A stretch of DNA of 63,572 nucleotides, filler included, from Thraustochytrium aureum (Eukaryota), in the NCBI GenBank assembly GCA_012862495.1. It is 6 parts of 5 records of this genome, joined end to end, with 100 filler letters (N's around TTAATTAATTAA, not from the genome) between each part and the next. Parts side by side here need not be neighbours in the genome. Positions count along the whole stretch, not along the records: positions 1 to 16,976 come from BLSG01000369.1; 5 more parts are not named here. The stretch is one strand, 5' to 3'. Shown one piece after another: positions 1 to 11,617 of this stretch. The position numbers and the translations under genes were made by a program. The notes beneath the pieces are model-generated. The model saw only the letters and a list, made by a program, of their open reading frames with translations. It was not told the origin of the DNA and did not search any database. Position 1 is the first letter of the stretch, and each line of letters opens with the position of its first letter.

Positions 1-313
1 GATTAGTGTCGGATCGAGGCGACTCGCCAGCGGGCCGCGCCGCGCAAGAGCTCCCGCGAACTCGGCCGGCAGGTGGAGCCAGGGAGCAAGGCGCTGCCGG
101 CGCTGCGAGCGGCGCGCAGGGCGCGATGGCGGGCAGGGACGAGGCTCGGGCGACGGGCACGATGGGCGGCGCAGCCCTCGGCCACGGGCCTGAGCGCGAG
201 CCGAGACACTCCGGAAAGGGTCGGAGACGACGAATGCCTCCGGGATCGCGCAGGCGCAGGCCTCGAGCGGGCTGATTGCCGAGTGCAAGGGCACCGTTGT
301 GAAGATCTTTGAC

Positions 314-1123
314 ATGGCGACGCTCTTTGAGGACACCAAGTTCTGCAATCACATTTGCACGGTCCATCCTGTGCACCCCGACTTTGAGATCGACCTGGAG
401 CACGCGGCCTGCAGCTCGTGCGGGATCAGCGATGAGACCTGGATGTGCCTGGTCTGCCACAAGCTGTTTTGCGGGAGGTACATGAACAGCCACAGCTTGG
501 GACACTATCAGGAGTCTGGCCACTGCGTCTCCATGAGCCTCGCCGACCTTTCCGTGTGGTGCTACGGGTGCGACATGTACCTGCAGCATGAATTCTTCCC
601 GCTTCTCCACAGCTTCTTCTCTCGGCTCCACAAACTAAAGTTTCACGTCCAGCCCGAGAACAATCCGCCTGCTGCTCTGGTTCTGCAAGACGGGGCCGCG
701 CTGGTCCCGCCGCCACACCCGCAAGTCTTTTGCAAAGACATCGCCTCCGTTTCCAAAGCCTACACGGGCCTCTCCTCGATGGCGACGCGCTGCGCGACCT
801 GCTCTGCCAACAACGTGGTGATCAACCATGACCGGGAAGACTGGGTGTGCCTGCACTGCGGCGGCGTCTACTGCGGCAGGTACCACCACAAGCACGCCTT
901 GCACCACTACCAGCTCACTGGCCACGCGCTCTCGCTCAGCCTGTGCGACCTCTCCATTTGGTGCTACAACTGCATGTCGTACATCGACCACAACGTCTCG
1001 CCCAACCTCCAGGAGGCCTACAACTACATGTTTCAGCTCAAGGAGGACCACCAGCCGCCCCTCTCGCCGATGCCGTGGCACGTCGCCGCCGCGCACAACC
1101 ACGCCCAGGGCCCCGCAAGATGA
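314..1123 (+). CDS. Tandem ZnF-UBP (BUZ, HDAC6-type ubiquitin-binding) domain protein
   Basis: Two copies of CxxC...W(M/V)CLxC...(F/Y)CGRY...H..H...H.(V/L)S(M/L)SL.DLS(V/I)WCY.C..Y. ATG at 314, TGA at 1121-1123. Confidence 0.9.
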   Translation: MATLFEDTKFCNHICTVHPVHPDFEIDLEHAACSSCGISDETWMCLVCHKLFCGRYMNSHSLGHYQESGHCVSMSLADLSVWCYGCDMYLQHEFFPLLHSFFSRLHKLKFHVQPENNPPAALVLQDGAALVPPPHPQVFCKDIASVSKAYTGLSSMATRCATCSANNVVINHDREDWVCLHCGGVYCGRYHHKHALHHYQLTGHALSLSLCDLSIWCYNCMSYIDHNVSPNLQEAYNYMFQLKEDHQPPLSPMPWHVAAAHNHAQGPAR

Positions 1124-4100
1124 CCGACCGCGACAAGTTCTTGTCGTTCCTCCAGAGCAACCCTCCGGCCGAAGCGCCCCGTCGTCAAACCTTCTGCGCC
1201 CCCCTGAACCCAGCGGCATCGGCAGGCTGCCTGGCCCACCCGCCAGGCTGGCGACCGCCGCCGCACGGCGCCAAGCCAGCGTTCAGCACCGCGTGGAACG
1301 CATGTTTCACGGCGACTCGATGGAGCCCACGTGGAGCAGCCCCTGCTCGAGCCAGCACGCAGCGCGTTGTTCGCATCCGCCCGCCGCAGCGCGCCAGCGG
1401 ATCGCGCTTGGGACGGCCGCGCTCTCATGCGCCGCGCCGCACGTGGTCAAGGAGGCCGCGGCCAGCAGCAACTCGAGTCGGCACCAAGTCCAAGCCCCGT
1501 CCGTCATTGTCGCNNNNNNNNNNNNNNNNNNNNNNNNNNNNNNNNNNNNNNNNNNNNNNNNNNNNNNNNNNNNNNNNNNNNNNNNNNNNNNNNNNNNNNN
1601 NNNNNNNNNNNNNNNNNNNNNNNNNNNNNNNNNNNNNNNNNNNNNNNNNNNNNNNNNNNNNNNNNNNNNNNNNNNNNNNNNNNNNNNNNNNNNNNNNNNN
1701 NNNNNNNNNNNNNNNNNNNNNNNNNNNNNNNNNNNNNNNNNNNNNNNNNNNNNNNNNNNNNNNNNNNNNNNNNNNNNNNNNNNNNNNNNNNNNNNNNGAC
1801 CTTGTCCAGCAGGTCCGGGGGGCCAAGTGGGAGTTTGCGTGCTGTGGGCCCGCCCAACTCGACGCGGGACGCCAAGCGGGGCTCTCGCGCGAGGACGGCG
1901 GCGCCTCGATCGCGATCGAGTTTGACTCGCCCGCAGCGCGGCTTGCAACCAGAGCAGTCGCTGAGACCGCCATAGTGCTCGAGCGCGTGCGTGCACTTGT
2001 TGGCGCTGCAGACGAGGATGCAGCGGATGATGCCCTCTCGCCCGCGCAGGTCTTCGTGCATGCATGCCCCACAACTGATTGAGCTGCTCTGGGAGCTGCT
2101 GAGCCACCGCGTTGGTCTGGAGGACCTCACGGCTTTCTTGGCCGTCGAGCTGTGGCTCAGGGCCTACGACGTGCCCGCGTCGACCTTGTTCGCGGGGGAC
2201 CACTTCGCCAAAGTCGATTCGGAAACAAGAGCGGCGTTCTGGCGCGTTAGACAAGCTCTGGCCCTGCCGACGCCGCGCCAACCCTTGTAGCGGACAAAGG
2301 CGCTGCAGTAGCGGCTGCTGCGATCATCGAGGCCCTGCAGACGGCATGCGAAGACCTCTGGACGAATCTGTTTTTGGTCAGAGAGCGGGCCTGGCTGGAT
2401 CTCGATCACGACGCGCTACCATTAAGCCCAGAAGAGTCGAAGGCTGTCGGCCTCCGCCTCGCTGCCACGGGCGCCGCAGAGCCGACCCCAGTCGCGCACG
2501 TGCTTGCTAGCATCCCGACGGGGCTCATCTGTTCTGCTCGCGTCGAGTTTGCCGAGCAGGAGCATGCAGTGCGGGCTGCGCTCTCTTGCTTTGCCCGCAG
2601 TCCGGGCGAGCCGGTAGGGAGCAGCGAGCTTGCCCCGACCGTCTTTGTGGATAGGAGCTACGTCGGGCTCTGGCGCAGCACCGAGTGTGGCGAGTCCGCG
2701 GCCGAGCCGGGTTTGCTTGACGAGCTTCGCCAAGCAGGCGCACACGTCGTCTCAAGCTGCGGTGCTTCCCCGGCCTTCCCTTTCGGGCGCCCCCAGGGTG
2801 GCCCAAACGAGAACGCGGACGCACGTGGATGTGAAGTCACTTTCGTGCGCCCTCAGGGAGCGACTTCAAACGTACGCGCGTTCGACGCTGGCTCGAAGCT
2901 CTTGGCCTCCTGTTTTCGCTATGGCGACGGTCAAGCCAAAGTCTCTCGCCTTTGCACAGACGCCGCAGATCTTTGCAAGGACGCATGGGTGTACGAGACG
3001 GAGGGTCATCAATCGCGCGTCGGTGCTATCGCTCGCATGTCGCATGCGGTAGAGCCCCCGCCGACGAACGGGGCACCTGCAGAAGGCGTGATGGACGCAA
3101 TGAGCGAGAACGGGGCCGTCGCGGCCGCCTTCCAGCTCGTTCTCTCGCGGCACTTTCTAATGGCGGCCAAACGACGAACCAAGGACTGGTGTCTGGCTCG
3201 TACCTTTCGATTCACCGCAGACCTCGTCGCTGTGCTGTTTTCGGGGCGCAACCCCCGGGCGCTTGTTCCCGAGAACCTCCGGGGCGTGCATGAGGAGGCC
3301 GCCGCTGCTGCTTTGGTGCCGCTGGCGGACGCCGCTGCTGCCGCGGCGCCATCCATCGGGAGCTCCGCCGCTGATGAGACTACCGTATCTTACTGGTCAA
3401 AGAGGAGCAAGATGGACCTTGCCAACACCGCACGCGCCCTGAATCTCCAGCTGGCGGGTGGCGCCACCAAGGCCGAGCTCTGTGAGGCTCTTGCCACACA
3501 CCACGCTGGCCGATCGCAGCTCGCATTTTTGCGGGCCGCAATGCCAGTTTGGTTCGCCGTCCCGAGCGACATCGACGTTCGTGTGCGTGCATGCGAATCT
3601 CGCGTATTGGAAGACTTGGAGCGATTCGTCGCGGAGCGGGGTGGGGGGCTTAAAGTAGTCGGCACGAGGACGTATGGCCTTTTGGTCTCGCGCACGTGTG
3701 CCGCTCTCGCGGCGGACCCCGTTGCGGTCGTCGCTGTTGCAGAGGCGCCAAAAGGCGGGTCTGGGCCGCGACTCGAGCTGGCCGCCGTGCTCTGTCAGCC
3801 TTGCTCGGCGACGAGACAGCTCGCTCAGCAAGACTCTACCGAGCTGGAGGAGGGCAACCCCGAAGAGATGGGCAGCCTCGGCGAATTCGCCGTCTGCAGG
3901 GCAGGGACAGAACGCTTTGCGCAGCTTGTTCCGAGCGCGTTTCGCCGCGTCCAGGTTGTACATCACGCGGCCGTATTGGGCCTAGACACCGTTATTATGG
4001 TGTGGGCGACCCCGAAAGCGGTCGCCCGAGCGGTCGTAGTTTCCATCCCGAGGAGCCAGCGCCGAACCTGGGTCGACTTTCTGACAAGACTAAGCGCAAC

Positions 4101-5234
4101 GCACGTTGCGTTTGCGTACGGGGCCTCGCTCGGGCCGATCCCGCGCCTTGGGCCGGACGGGGCCGCGGCGTATGGCTATGGAGCAGAGCACCGAACGGTC
4201 GAGCTTCATCTTCGCCTTTGGCGAGGCCACTTTGACGAGGTCGTGGCACGCGGCACCCCTCCGCCGTGTATTCGCCTCTGGCCCTTGCTAAACTCGACCT
4301 GGGCGGCCTGCATGAGCTCGGGCGAGCGGTTGAGCAGCAGCGCGGCTGTCATGGCTGGTCGTGGGCCGGTGGAGACGGTTTGGGCTTTGCTAGTCTCCTA
4401 TGCCTTGCACAACACCAGCAGGGTCCTTTTTTGCTGCGCAACGCGGCGGAGCCGCATGGCGCAAGCTCAACCGCAAGCCGCACTGTTGCAGACACTGCGG
4501 CGCGAGTGGCCAAGAAGCTGAGCGTGGAAGGCCTCACCCGACGCCACCCGGGCCTGGCCAAGCTTGTGGGCCAGTCCGCTCCGGTGAGAGCAGCTAGGCG
4601 TGCTGAGCGGCGGACGACCGCTGTGGCACGCGGCCAGCTCGGGTCGGCAACCAAACGAAAGCGCTTCAAAAACAACCTTCTCGTCAAGGCCAACACGGAC
4701 GAGGACCTGATCCGGTTTCGCACTGACGCTAGCCTCGGGCACCTTCGCGTCTCCGACCCCGAAGGGCGCAAGCGATGCCAAGTCTGCTGCTTGCGCTGCA
4801 ACCCGTCGGCCGGCAAACCTGCCGAGCTGCACGAGACGCGCTACGGTCGCAACGTCGTATGGATGTGCGCAGCGTGCAACGTGCACTTGTGCAAGTCGTG
4901 CTTTGGGCCGTGGCACAACGAGGTCCGAATCCCTGTCCCGCCCTGCATTGCGCGAAAGGCCCCACATCAGCACCTCGACCGCTCTGAGACGGCTGCTTCC
5001 GCCGCCCCGGCGACCCCACAAGCCCAGGGTACGAAGGCTGGTCTCGAGCAGCGTTCCCGCGGGCCACAGTCGAGCAAGCGCCGCAAACGCAATTCGTTGT
5101 CGCCAGGAGTGGAGACCGAGATCGGAGTGCCAGCCGCCCTGACTAAGTGCTCCCCGGTGAGAGCTGTTGGGCGAGTGCTGGCGCGCAGTCGTCTCCCTCG
5201 CGAGCCATGCAACTTGACGGATTCCTATGTTTAG
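1120..5234 (+). CDS. piggyBac-like transposase-derived protein with inserted YqaJ-like nuclease fold, SAP-like motif and C-terminal Cys-rich domain (gap and frameshifts)
   Basis: Joined from ORFs 1120-2082, 1991-2290, 2251-4521 and 4266-5234. Motifs: LDLDHD (~2395), VFVDRSY (~2641), TKDWCLARTFRFTAD, SAP-like SKMDLANTARALNLQLAGGATKAELCEAL (~3405-3490), GLLVS..LAADP, QVVHHAAVLG, and CQVC...WMCAACNVHLCKSCFGPWH (4776-4918). One frameshift lies in a T6 run at ~4430. Confidence 0.55.
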
Positions 5235-5284
5235 TTTACTGTACAAACAAATGATCAATTGCAGTTTCCGCCCGCGCAAAGCGC

Positions 5285-8200
5285 TCAGCGCTCGCAGACG
5301 TACTTGAGAACCATGCGCTTCACTCGGACGCTCTGCGCCGCTGATTTGCCTTTGGAGCGCCGGCACCTGTCGAAGGCGACCTCGGCTTTGCGGATAGCGT
5401 CATGGGCTTGCTGGGTCGCCACCTGGAGGAGCTGAACGTCTTCCTTGAGCCGCAGCGCGGTCTGGGTCATCAGTTTGTCGTCCATGCACTGCAGCGCAAC
5501 AAACGTGGTGGCGGGAAACTGGCTCAAACTGTCAAGGCGGCGACGCGCGCATGATAGAGACGCGCGAGCGGCGTCTGCGAGGCCACCGAGGTCCCAGCGG
5601 GCCGCCTCGTCCGCATTATAGACGCCATCGAGCAGAAAGAGCTCCACCTCTGCCTCCAGAGCGCGAAGGCGACTTGCCTGGAGGTGAAGGCGGTCCTGCA
5701 TCTCGCTCATGGTGGCTGCCGAACCTGCGAGAGCGACGCTCGCGCGCTCGGCCTCGTCGGGCGCAGCGCGCAGAAGACTGCTTAGAACGTCGCGCGGAAC
5801 GAGCGCTTTGCGCGACAGTCGAAAGCGGCCTGAGAGCTTGGCGTCGCTTTGGGAAGTGCTCAGCTCTTCGGTCGCCTGTCCTGCACCAAAAGCAAGGCCT
5901 TCAAGCACGCGGCCCTCCGAAATCGCGAGTGCCACTTGCGCATGAACGAGCTGCGCGTCACCAGACGCGATGGCTGCTTCCACAGCTAAGAGGCTCTGGC
6001 CCACGGTCACCAGCTGGGCCACGGTTGCAGCGCACTGAGGGCGAAACAACCCCTCGTCCATCTTTTCTTCGCAGAACGAGTACACTTTGGAGAGAGTTGC
6101 GGCGAGCGCACGCACTGGCGCGAGGCGCTCGACCGCCTCGCTCCTCGCCGCCTTCAGTGCTGACGCGCGGGCGCTGTCGAGTCTCGCTTGGTCGATGCGC
6201 CGCTCCTCTCGCCGCTGCTCCGCAGCGTGATGCAGCCGCTCCGCTTCCACGAGGAACCCGCGCTCCACGTCCACGGCCTGCTCGAGCTCCTCCACACTGC
6301 GCAGGGCCTCTTCAAAGGCTTCCTCCATGACTTGCATTGGATCGGCCTTGATGAACAAGAGCACGCGGATGCTGTCGAGCTCGGCACCGTTGGCTTCGCA
6401 CACGACGCGGGTTTCCTCGTCTAGTTCGTCATCGTCGTCGCCGTCCGCACGGCCTTGGCCATGCCACAGCAATGACACTGCTTCGCGGTATCGCAGAGCT
6501 TGCGCCCGAGCCTTCTCTGCCATAGCGATGGCAGAACGGGCGCAGGTGCCGTAGGGCTTTCTGCTCGCTGCTCCGAGGCTCAGAGCTTGAGCGAGCTTGG
6601 CAGCATGGGCGTTCCTCGTCAGCAAGGACTCCACTTGAGCGCGATGCGCATCGAGCCGAGCTAGCTCTGCCTCGCGCAGTTCGACTAGATTGATGAGCGT
6701 GCGGTCGGCCGCTTGGCACGAGTCTATTGCCTGGCTGGCGGCCTGAGCGAGGTCGTTCACCAGCTGCTGACGATCCCATGGGTCCGCTTCGAGGCCGCCG
6801 CTTGTGCCGTCGCTCTTGGGAACAAGCGCCGCCTCGGCAACGAGCAGGCTGTCAAGCTTGGCGCTCTTCCGCGCAGCGCGGGAAAGCGCATTTCGCGCCG
6901 CATCTAGCGCTTTGGCGAGCGACACGGCGCAGTCACACACCGCCGCTCCGCAGCTTGACGCCTCGCAGAGCGACCGCAGCGATCGCTGGGCGAAAACTGG
7001 GTGGCGCTCAATGCGAGCCTCCAATTCGCCAAGCGTCTGCGTGGCTGCCGCCACCGTTCGCCTTGCTTGCTTGGACCTTTGGTCCTGCTCCCGAGTTTTC
7101 TCGAGCTCCTCGTCGACAAACTCGCCTGCGGTCTGTACAACCGCAAGAGCTGCTCTTACCGCGTCAGGGAGGCGTGCAATCGCAGAACTGGACGGTATGC
7201 GGTGATCGGGGCCGAACGACAACGCGCTTCCGGCCGCCTGGAGCTCGCGCTCTGCGCAGGAGATCGCATCGTTTACCTCTTTGCGAGCCGTCAAGCCCCC
7301 TTGGCGGCTCGAGCTCTTACTTCGCGCAGCATGTCGAGGCCAGGGAGGAGCTCTCGGCGGCCTTGCGTTTGCGCCCTCTCGGCCCGCTCTGCCTTTGCCC
7401 GCGCTTTGACGAACTCAGCGTCTACCTTGCTGGCGCGGCGCAGGGTCTGCTCGGCGCACCTGCGGATGTCGCTTGTTAGTTCTGCAGCGTGCTCGTCTGC
7501 GCTCTGCAGCCCATGCGCACATGCGACGGCCGCGCGGCTCGCCCAGGTCTCGGCTTGCTCGAGTGCCTTTGNNNNNNNNNNNNNNNNNNNNNNNNNNNNN
7601 NNNNNNNNNNNNNNNNNNNNNNNNNNNNNNNNNNNNNNNNNNNNNNNNNNNNNNNNNNNNNNNNNNNNNNNNNNNNNNNNNNNNNNNNNNNNNNNNNNNN
7701 NNNNNNNNNNNNNNNNNNNNNNNNNNNNNNNNNNNNNNNNNNNNNNNNNNNNNNNNNNNNNNNNNNNNNNNNNNNNNNNNNNNNNNNNNNNNNNNNNNNN
7801 NNNNNNNNNNNNNNNNNNNNNNNNNNNNNNNNNNNNNNNNNNNNNNNNNNNNNNNNNNNNNNNNNNNNNNNNNNNNNNNNNNNNNNNNNNGCTGCATCAA
7901 GCGCGGCCTCCGCGTGAGCAACATTGAAGAATCCTTGCGGGCCGAGGTGGCAATCATCGAGGTCTTCGGATGAGTCGCTCTCGCTTGAGCTACCATCGTC
8001 GTCCTCGCTCTCAAGCGCTGCAAAGCCGCTTTCGACGGCTCGCGCTTCGATTCGGCCGACTTGGTTTTTGGCATCTTGCCTGTCGCCTCGTGGGTCCACG
8101 ACAGAGACGAGCTCGATGAGGCTCTGGCGCGCCTCTCGGAGCGCGTCGGCGACCTGCCGGACGCCAACGAGCTCATCGGCGGCGTTTCTAGTGCCGTGGT

Positions 8201-11200
8201 GATAGGCGAGCGACACGAGCCGCGCAAACCGCGTCTTTGCTCTCGAAGTCTCCTTGCACAACCGAGCGAAGTGGACGTCTGCGCTTTGCTTTGTAGCAAC
8301 GCCTTCGTGGAGGTGGTCGAGCGCAGCTCGCGCCGCCTCGAGCGCTTGTTGTGCGTGCGCCTCAGCCGCGGCGACATCAAACGCCATGAGCCTGGAGACC
8401 GCCTCGACGGCACTCCTGGCTGCCGTTTCACAGGCGGCCTTGTACCCTGGCGCGAAGCGGTCAAGAATATCGCCCAAAGCAGGCACAGGCGCGCTCAATG
8501 ATCCAGCGTTGCCTCCGCCTCTGTCGAAGCGAGAGACCATTCGCTTGTCCGCGCTGCTGCCTTTCAAGCCACGTAGGATGCCCGCGTGCTCTTGCTCGGC
8601 GTCGAGGCGCTCGTTTTGGAGGTCTTCGACCTGCGCGAGCGTATCTTCGACCAGACGGGCCCTGGTGGCAATGGCTTGCTGGGCGCGTAGAGCCGGTCGC
8701 ATGCGATCTGTGCTCGGTTCAGTGTTGCTTCGAGCGTCTCGAGGCCTGCGTCGGCGGCAGCAAGGTCTGCCTGCTCGGCAAGCACCCGATGCACCGCAGC
8801 CTCTGCCCGCTGGGCGGCATCGACCGCGGCTCGGAGCCCGTCAAGGCCCAGCTCGCTCTCGTGCGTCTCCGAGGCGACGAGCCCCCGAAGCTGCGCCAGG
8901 GTGGCGAGAGGCGGAAGAAGCAGCTTTCGAGACCGCTCGAACGTTGCGCTGCGCGAAATCCACTCGCGTCTATCTGCGAGCTCCTGGATTTGCTTGGCGT
9001 AGAGTGCGCGGTCGCGCGCCCCGCGGAATCGCGACTGGGCCAAGACTGCGCATCGCCGCTTTCGCGCAAACTTGCGCCATGAGAGGAACTGGCGCACGAT
9101 GCTTTGGACGGAAACGACCTGTTTCGTCACGTGCTTTTGCACGACGCCGTCAATCGCGTGAAGCACGTTGGCTCTCAAGAAGATCTTGGTTGTTCCGAAC
9201 GCGGCCCCAGAGCTGAGCCCGGCGATCGGCCCGTCTTCGAAGAGGGCGCAAGCGAGGCTCTTCCAGGCGCCTTGGCCTGGCTGCGCGCTGCGCGGCAAGA
9301 GCGCTCGACAGCGCAAGACGAACTCTTTGTAGATGAGGCGGTTTGGAAAGCCCGCCCGACGCATCTCGAGCGCAGCGACGACGCCGGCATTTTTGAGCTG
9401 GCGCAGCACGGTGGTGCGGTCCACCTTTTGCGGGACCAGATCATTATTCGTTTTGATGCACCGTACGAAGGCCGGGCCCGTTGTCTTGATGGTCTCGGTG
9501 AGGGAGTGCACCTGCACAGAGAACCGCTTTGCGACGGTCTCTTGCAGCTTGCTGCTGGTGTTGCCGGCGCCGCCTGCCGCTTCCTCAGCGAGGCGCGGAA
9601 AGAGTTGGCTTACGAGGGGCACTTTGCGTCGGCCAGGACCTCGCGCACGTGCGAGAAGAGCGTGTCGCGGTTCTTGTCGAGAAAGGCTTCGCATCTGTAA
9701 ACGATGTCCCCGGCATAGTGTCGGATGCAAAAGTCGAGCTCTGTCGTGCCTTTGCGGCGCGAGCCGGGGCCGCACATGTCGAAATGCTCCTCGTCCTTGT
9801 ACTGCTGCGTGATCTGCGTGGCAAGGCTCTTGTCGGAGCCAGCGCTCATTCGCAGGCACTCGTCGTGCATGAGCTTGAAGATGCCGTTGACGAGCGTCAG
9901 GCACTTTTCGTTGTTGGGGATGTCGGTCCGGGAGAACGGCACGCCCTCAAGCTGGTACGTTCGCTCTTCCTCTTGAAAGACCTGCTCGTTAAAGAGGGCT
10001 TGCAGCTTCTCGTTGGCAAAGTTGATGAGCAGCTGCTCAAAGCCGTTCTCCTTGAAGGACTCGAATCCGTAAATGTCTAGGATGCCGATGAACGTCTCAA
10101 ACGAGCTGTTGGCGGACCCCAGCGATTCGTTGATGCGAGACACCAGGTGCGAGAACAGCTGCTCGTAAGTGGCCTTTGCCAGCGCGTCGCGCAGGTCGCG
10201 CTGCTTGGCTTCGTCCAAGGGGGACTCTATGGCCTTGCCGTTCACTGCGATATACTTGACNNNNNNNNNNNNNNNNNNNNNNNNNNNNNNNNNNNNNNNN
10301 NNNNNNNNNNNNNNNNNNNNNNNNNNNNNNNNNNNNNNNNNNNNNNNNNNNNNNNNNNNNNNNNNNNNNNNNNNNNNNNNNNNNNNNNNNNNNNNNNNNN
10401 NNNNNNNNNNNNNNNNNNNNNNNNNNNNNNNNNNNNCTGCAAGCTTCGCTGAGGTCGAGGTTGCCCTTGCCTTGCTGGGTTGTCGCTGCGTTTGGCGAGG
10501 CTGCGTCCTCGTCCTCGGTTTTGGTCTCCTCGTGCACTGCGCGAGGCGGCGGGCCTGCTTGCTTGCCGAGCAGCGCGTTGCCAAGGTGCAGAATCGCGGC
10601 GACGACGCGAAGCACTGCGTCTAGCTCGTCCTTGGCTATGCCCATAGCGGACATTCCGGCCGTCGTCACATTGAAGTCTTCGGCGTCGTCTACGCCGACC
10701 ACCTGGGCGCACCCGCTCTGGTTGAGGTATGCAAAGTCTTCGGTGCTGCGCCCTGCGAGGCCGAGATCCGCCTTTTGGTCGGCGGAAGCGCCGCGCAAGA
10801 GCTGGTAGAATATATGGTAGTTGCGCTCGCCCTTGCTCTGTCGAACTGTCCTTGACTTTTCAAGGAGGTAGTTGCGAATGTGGGCCCCGTGCACCATGTT
10901 TTCCGCAAAGTCGAGCTGGATGAACTTGCCGAACCTGCTCGAGTTGCGGTTGCGGAGCGTCTTGGCGTTGCCAAACGCCTCCATGACCGGGTTGGACTGC
11001 ATGATTCGCTCGGCGATGCCGCTGTCGCTGGGCCCCGTGTAGTTGTGCGAGAGGTACTGGAGCATCAGCTTTGTGGTCTCGGTCTTGCCCGCCCCTGATT
11101 CGCCGCAGATGATGAGCGACTGGCTGCTTTTGCCAGCAACAAGGGCGCGGTATGCCTTTTCCGCCTCAGCAAAGCAGTGCGGCGAGGCCTCGCCCAGCGA

Positions 11201-11617
11201 CGAGCCGGCGTTTCGGTACCTCGCCATCGTGGCCACATCGTATATCGGAAGCCACTCGAACGGGTTCATCGCGACGAGGATCGGGCCCGTGCGCGTGTAT
11301 ATGAGCTTGTTGACGAATCGCGTGCAGACGTTGTGCAGGATTGACGCCTCGTGGAGGTGGGTCAGGTCGTCCATGTTGTCCAGGCCGCCCGCCTTGGGGC
11401 CGACGTCCCGTGGTAGGACCCTTCGCTGAGCCGATGTTGGCCGCCCCTGCGCGTCGAGTTTAACAAGAAACACGTCGCCTCCGTCGCATGGTTTTACGGA
11501 CAGCTCTTCGGCCGTGGCGCTCGCGATCGTGCCTGCTTTCCACGCGCATGCCTCGTCCATGACCCAAACCGCTTCGTTCGCATTCTTCGCGCCCCACTGC
11601 AGGCCCGACCCGTCCAT
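5285..11617 (-). CDS. Myosin heavy chain (motor, 2 IQ-like motifs, long Ala/Glu-rich helical tail); gaps and indels
   Basis: P-loop GESGAGKT, switch I NRNSSRFGKF, ERNYHIFYQL, switch II LDIYGFE, NFANEKLQ, FVRCIK, FGTTKIFLR, IQ-like VQSIVRQF and AQSRFRG. Tail continues through ORFs 8564-9904, 7476-8702 and 5285-7294. Confidence 0.9.
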
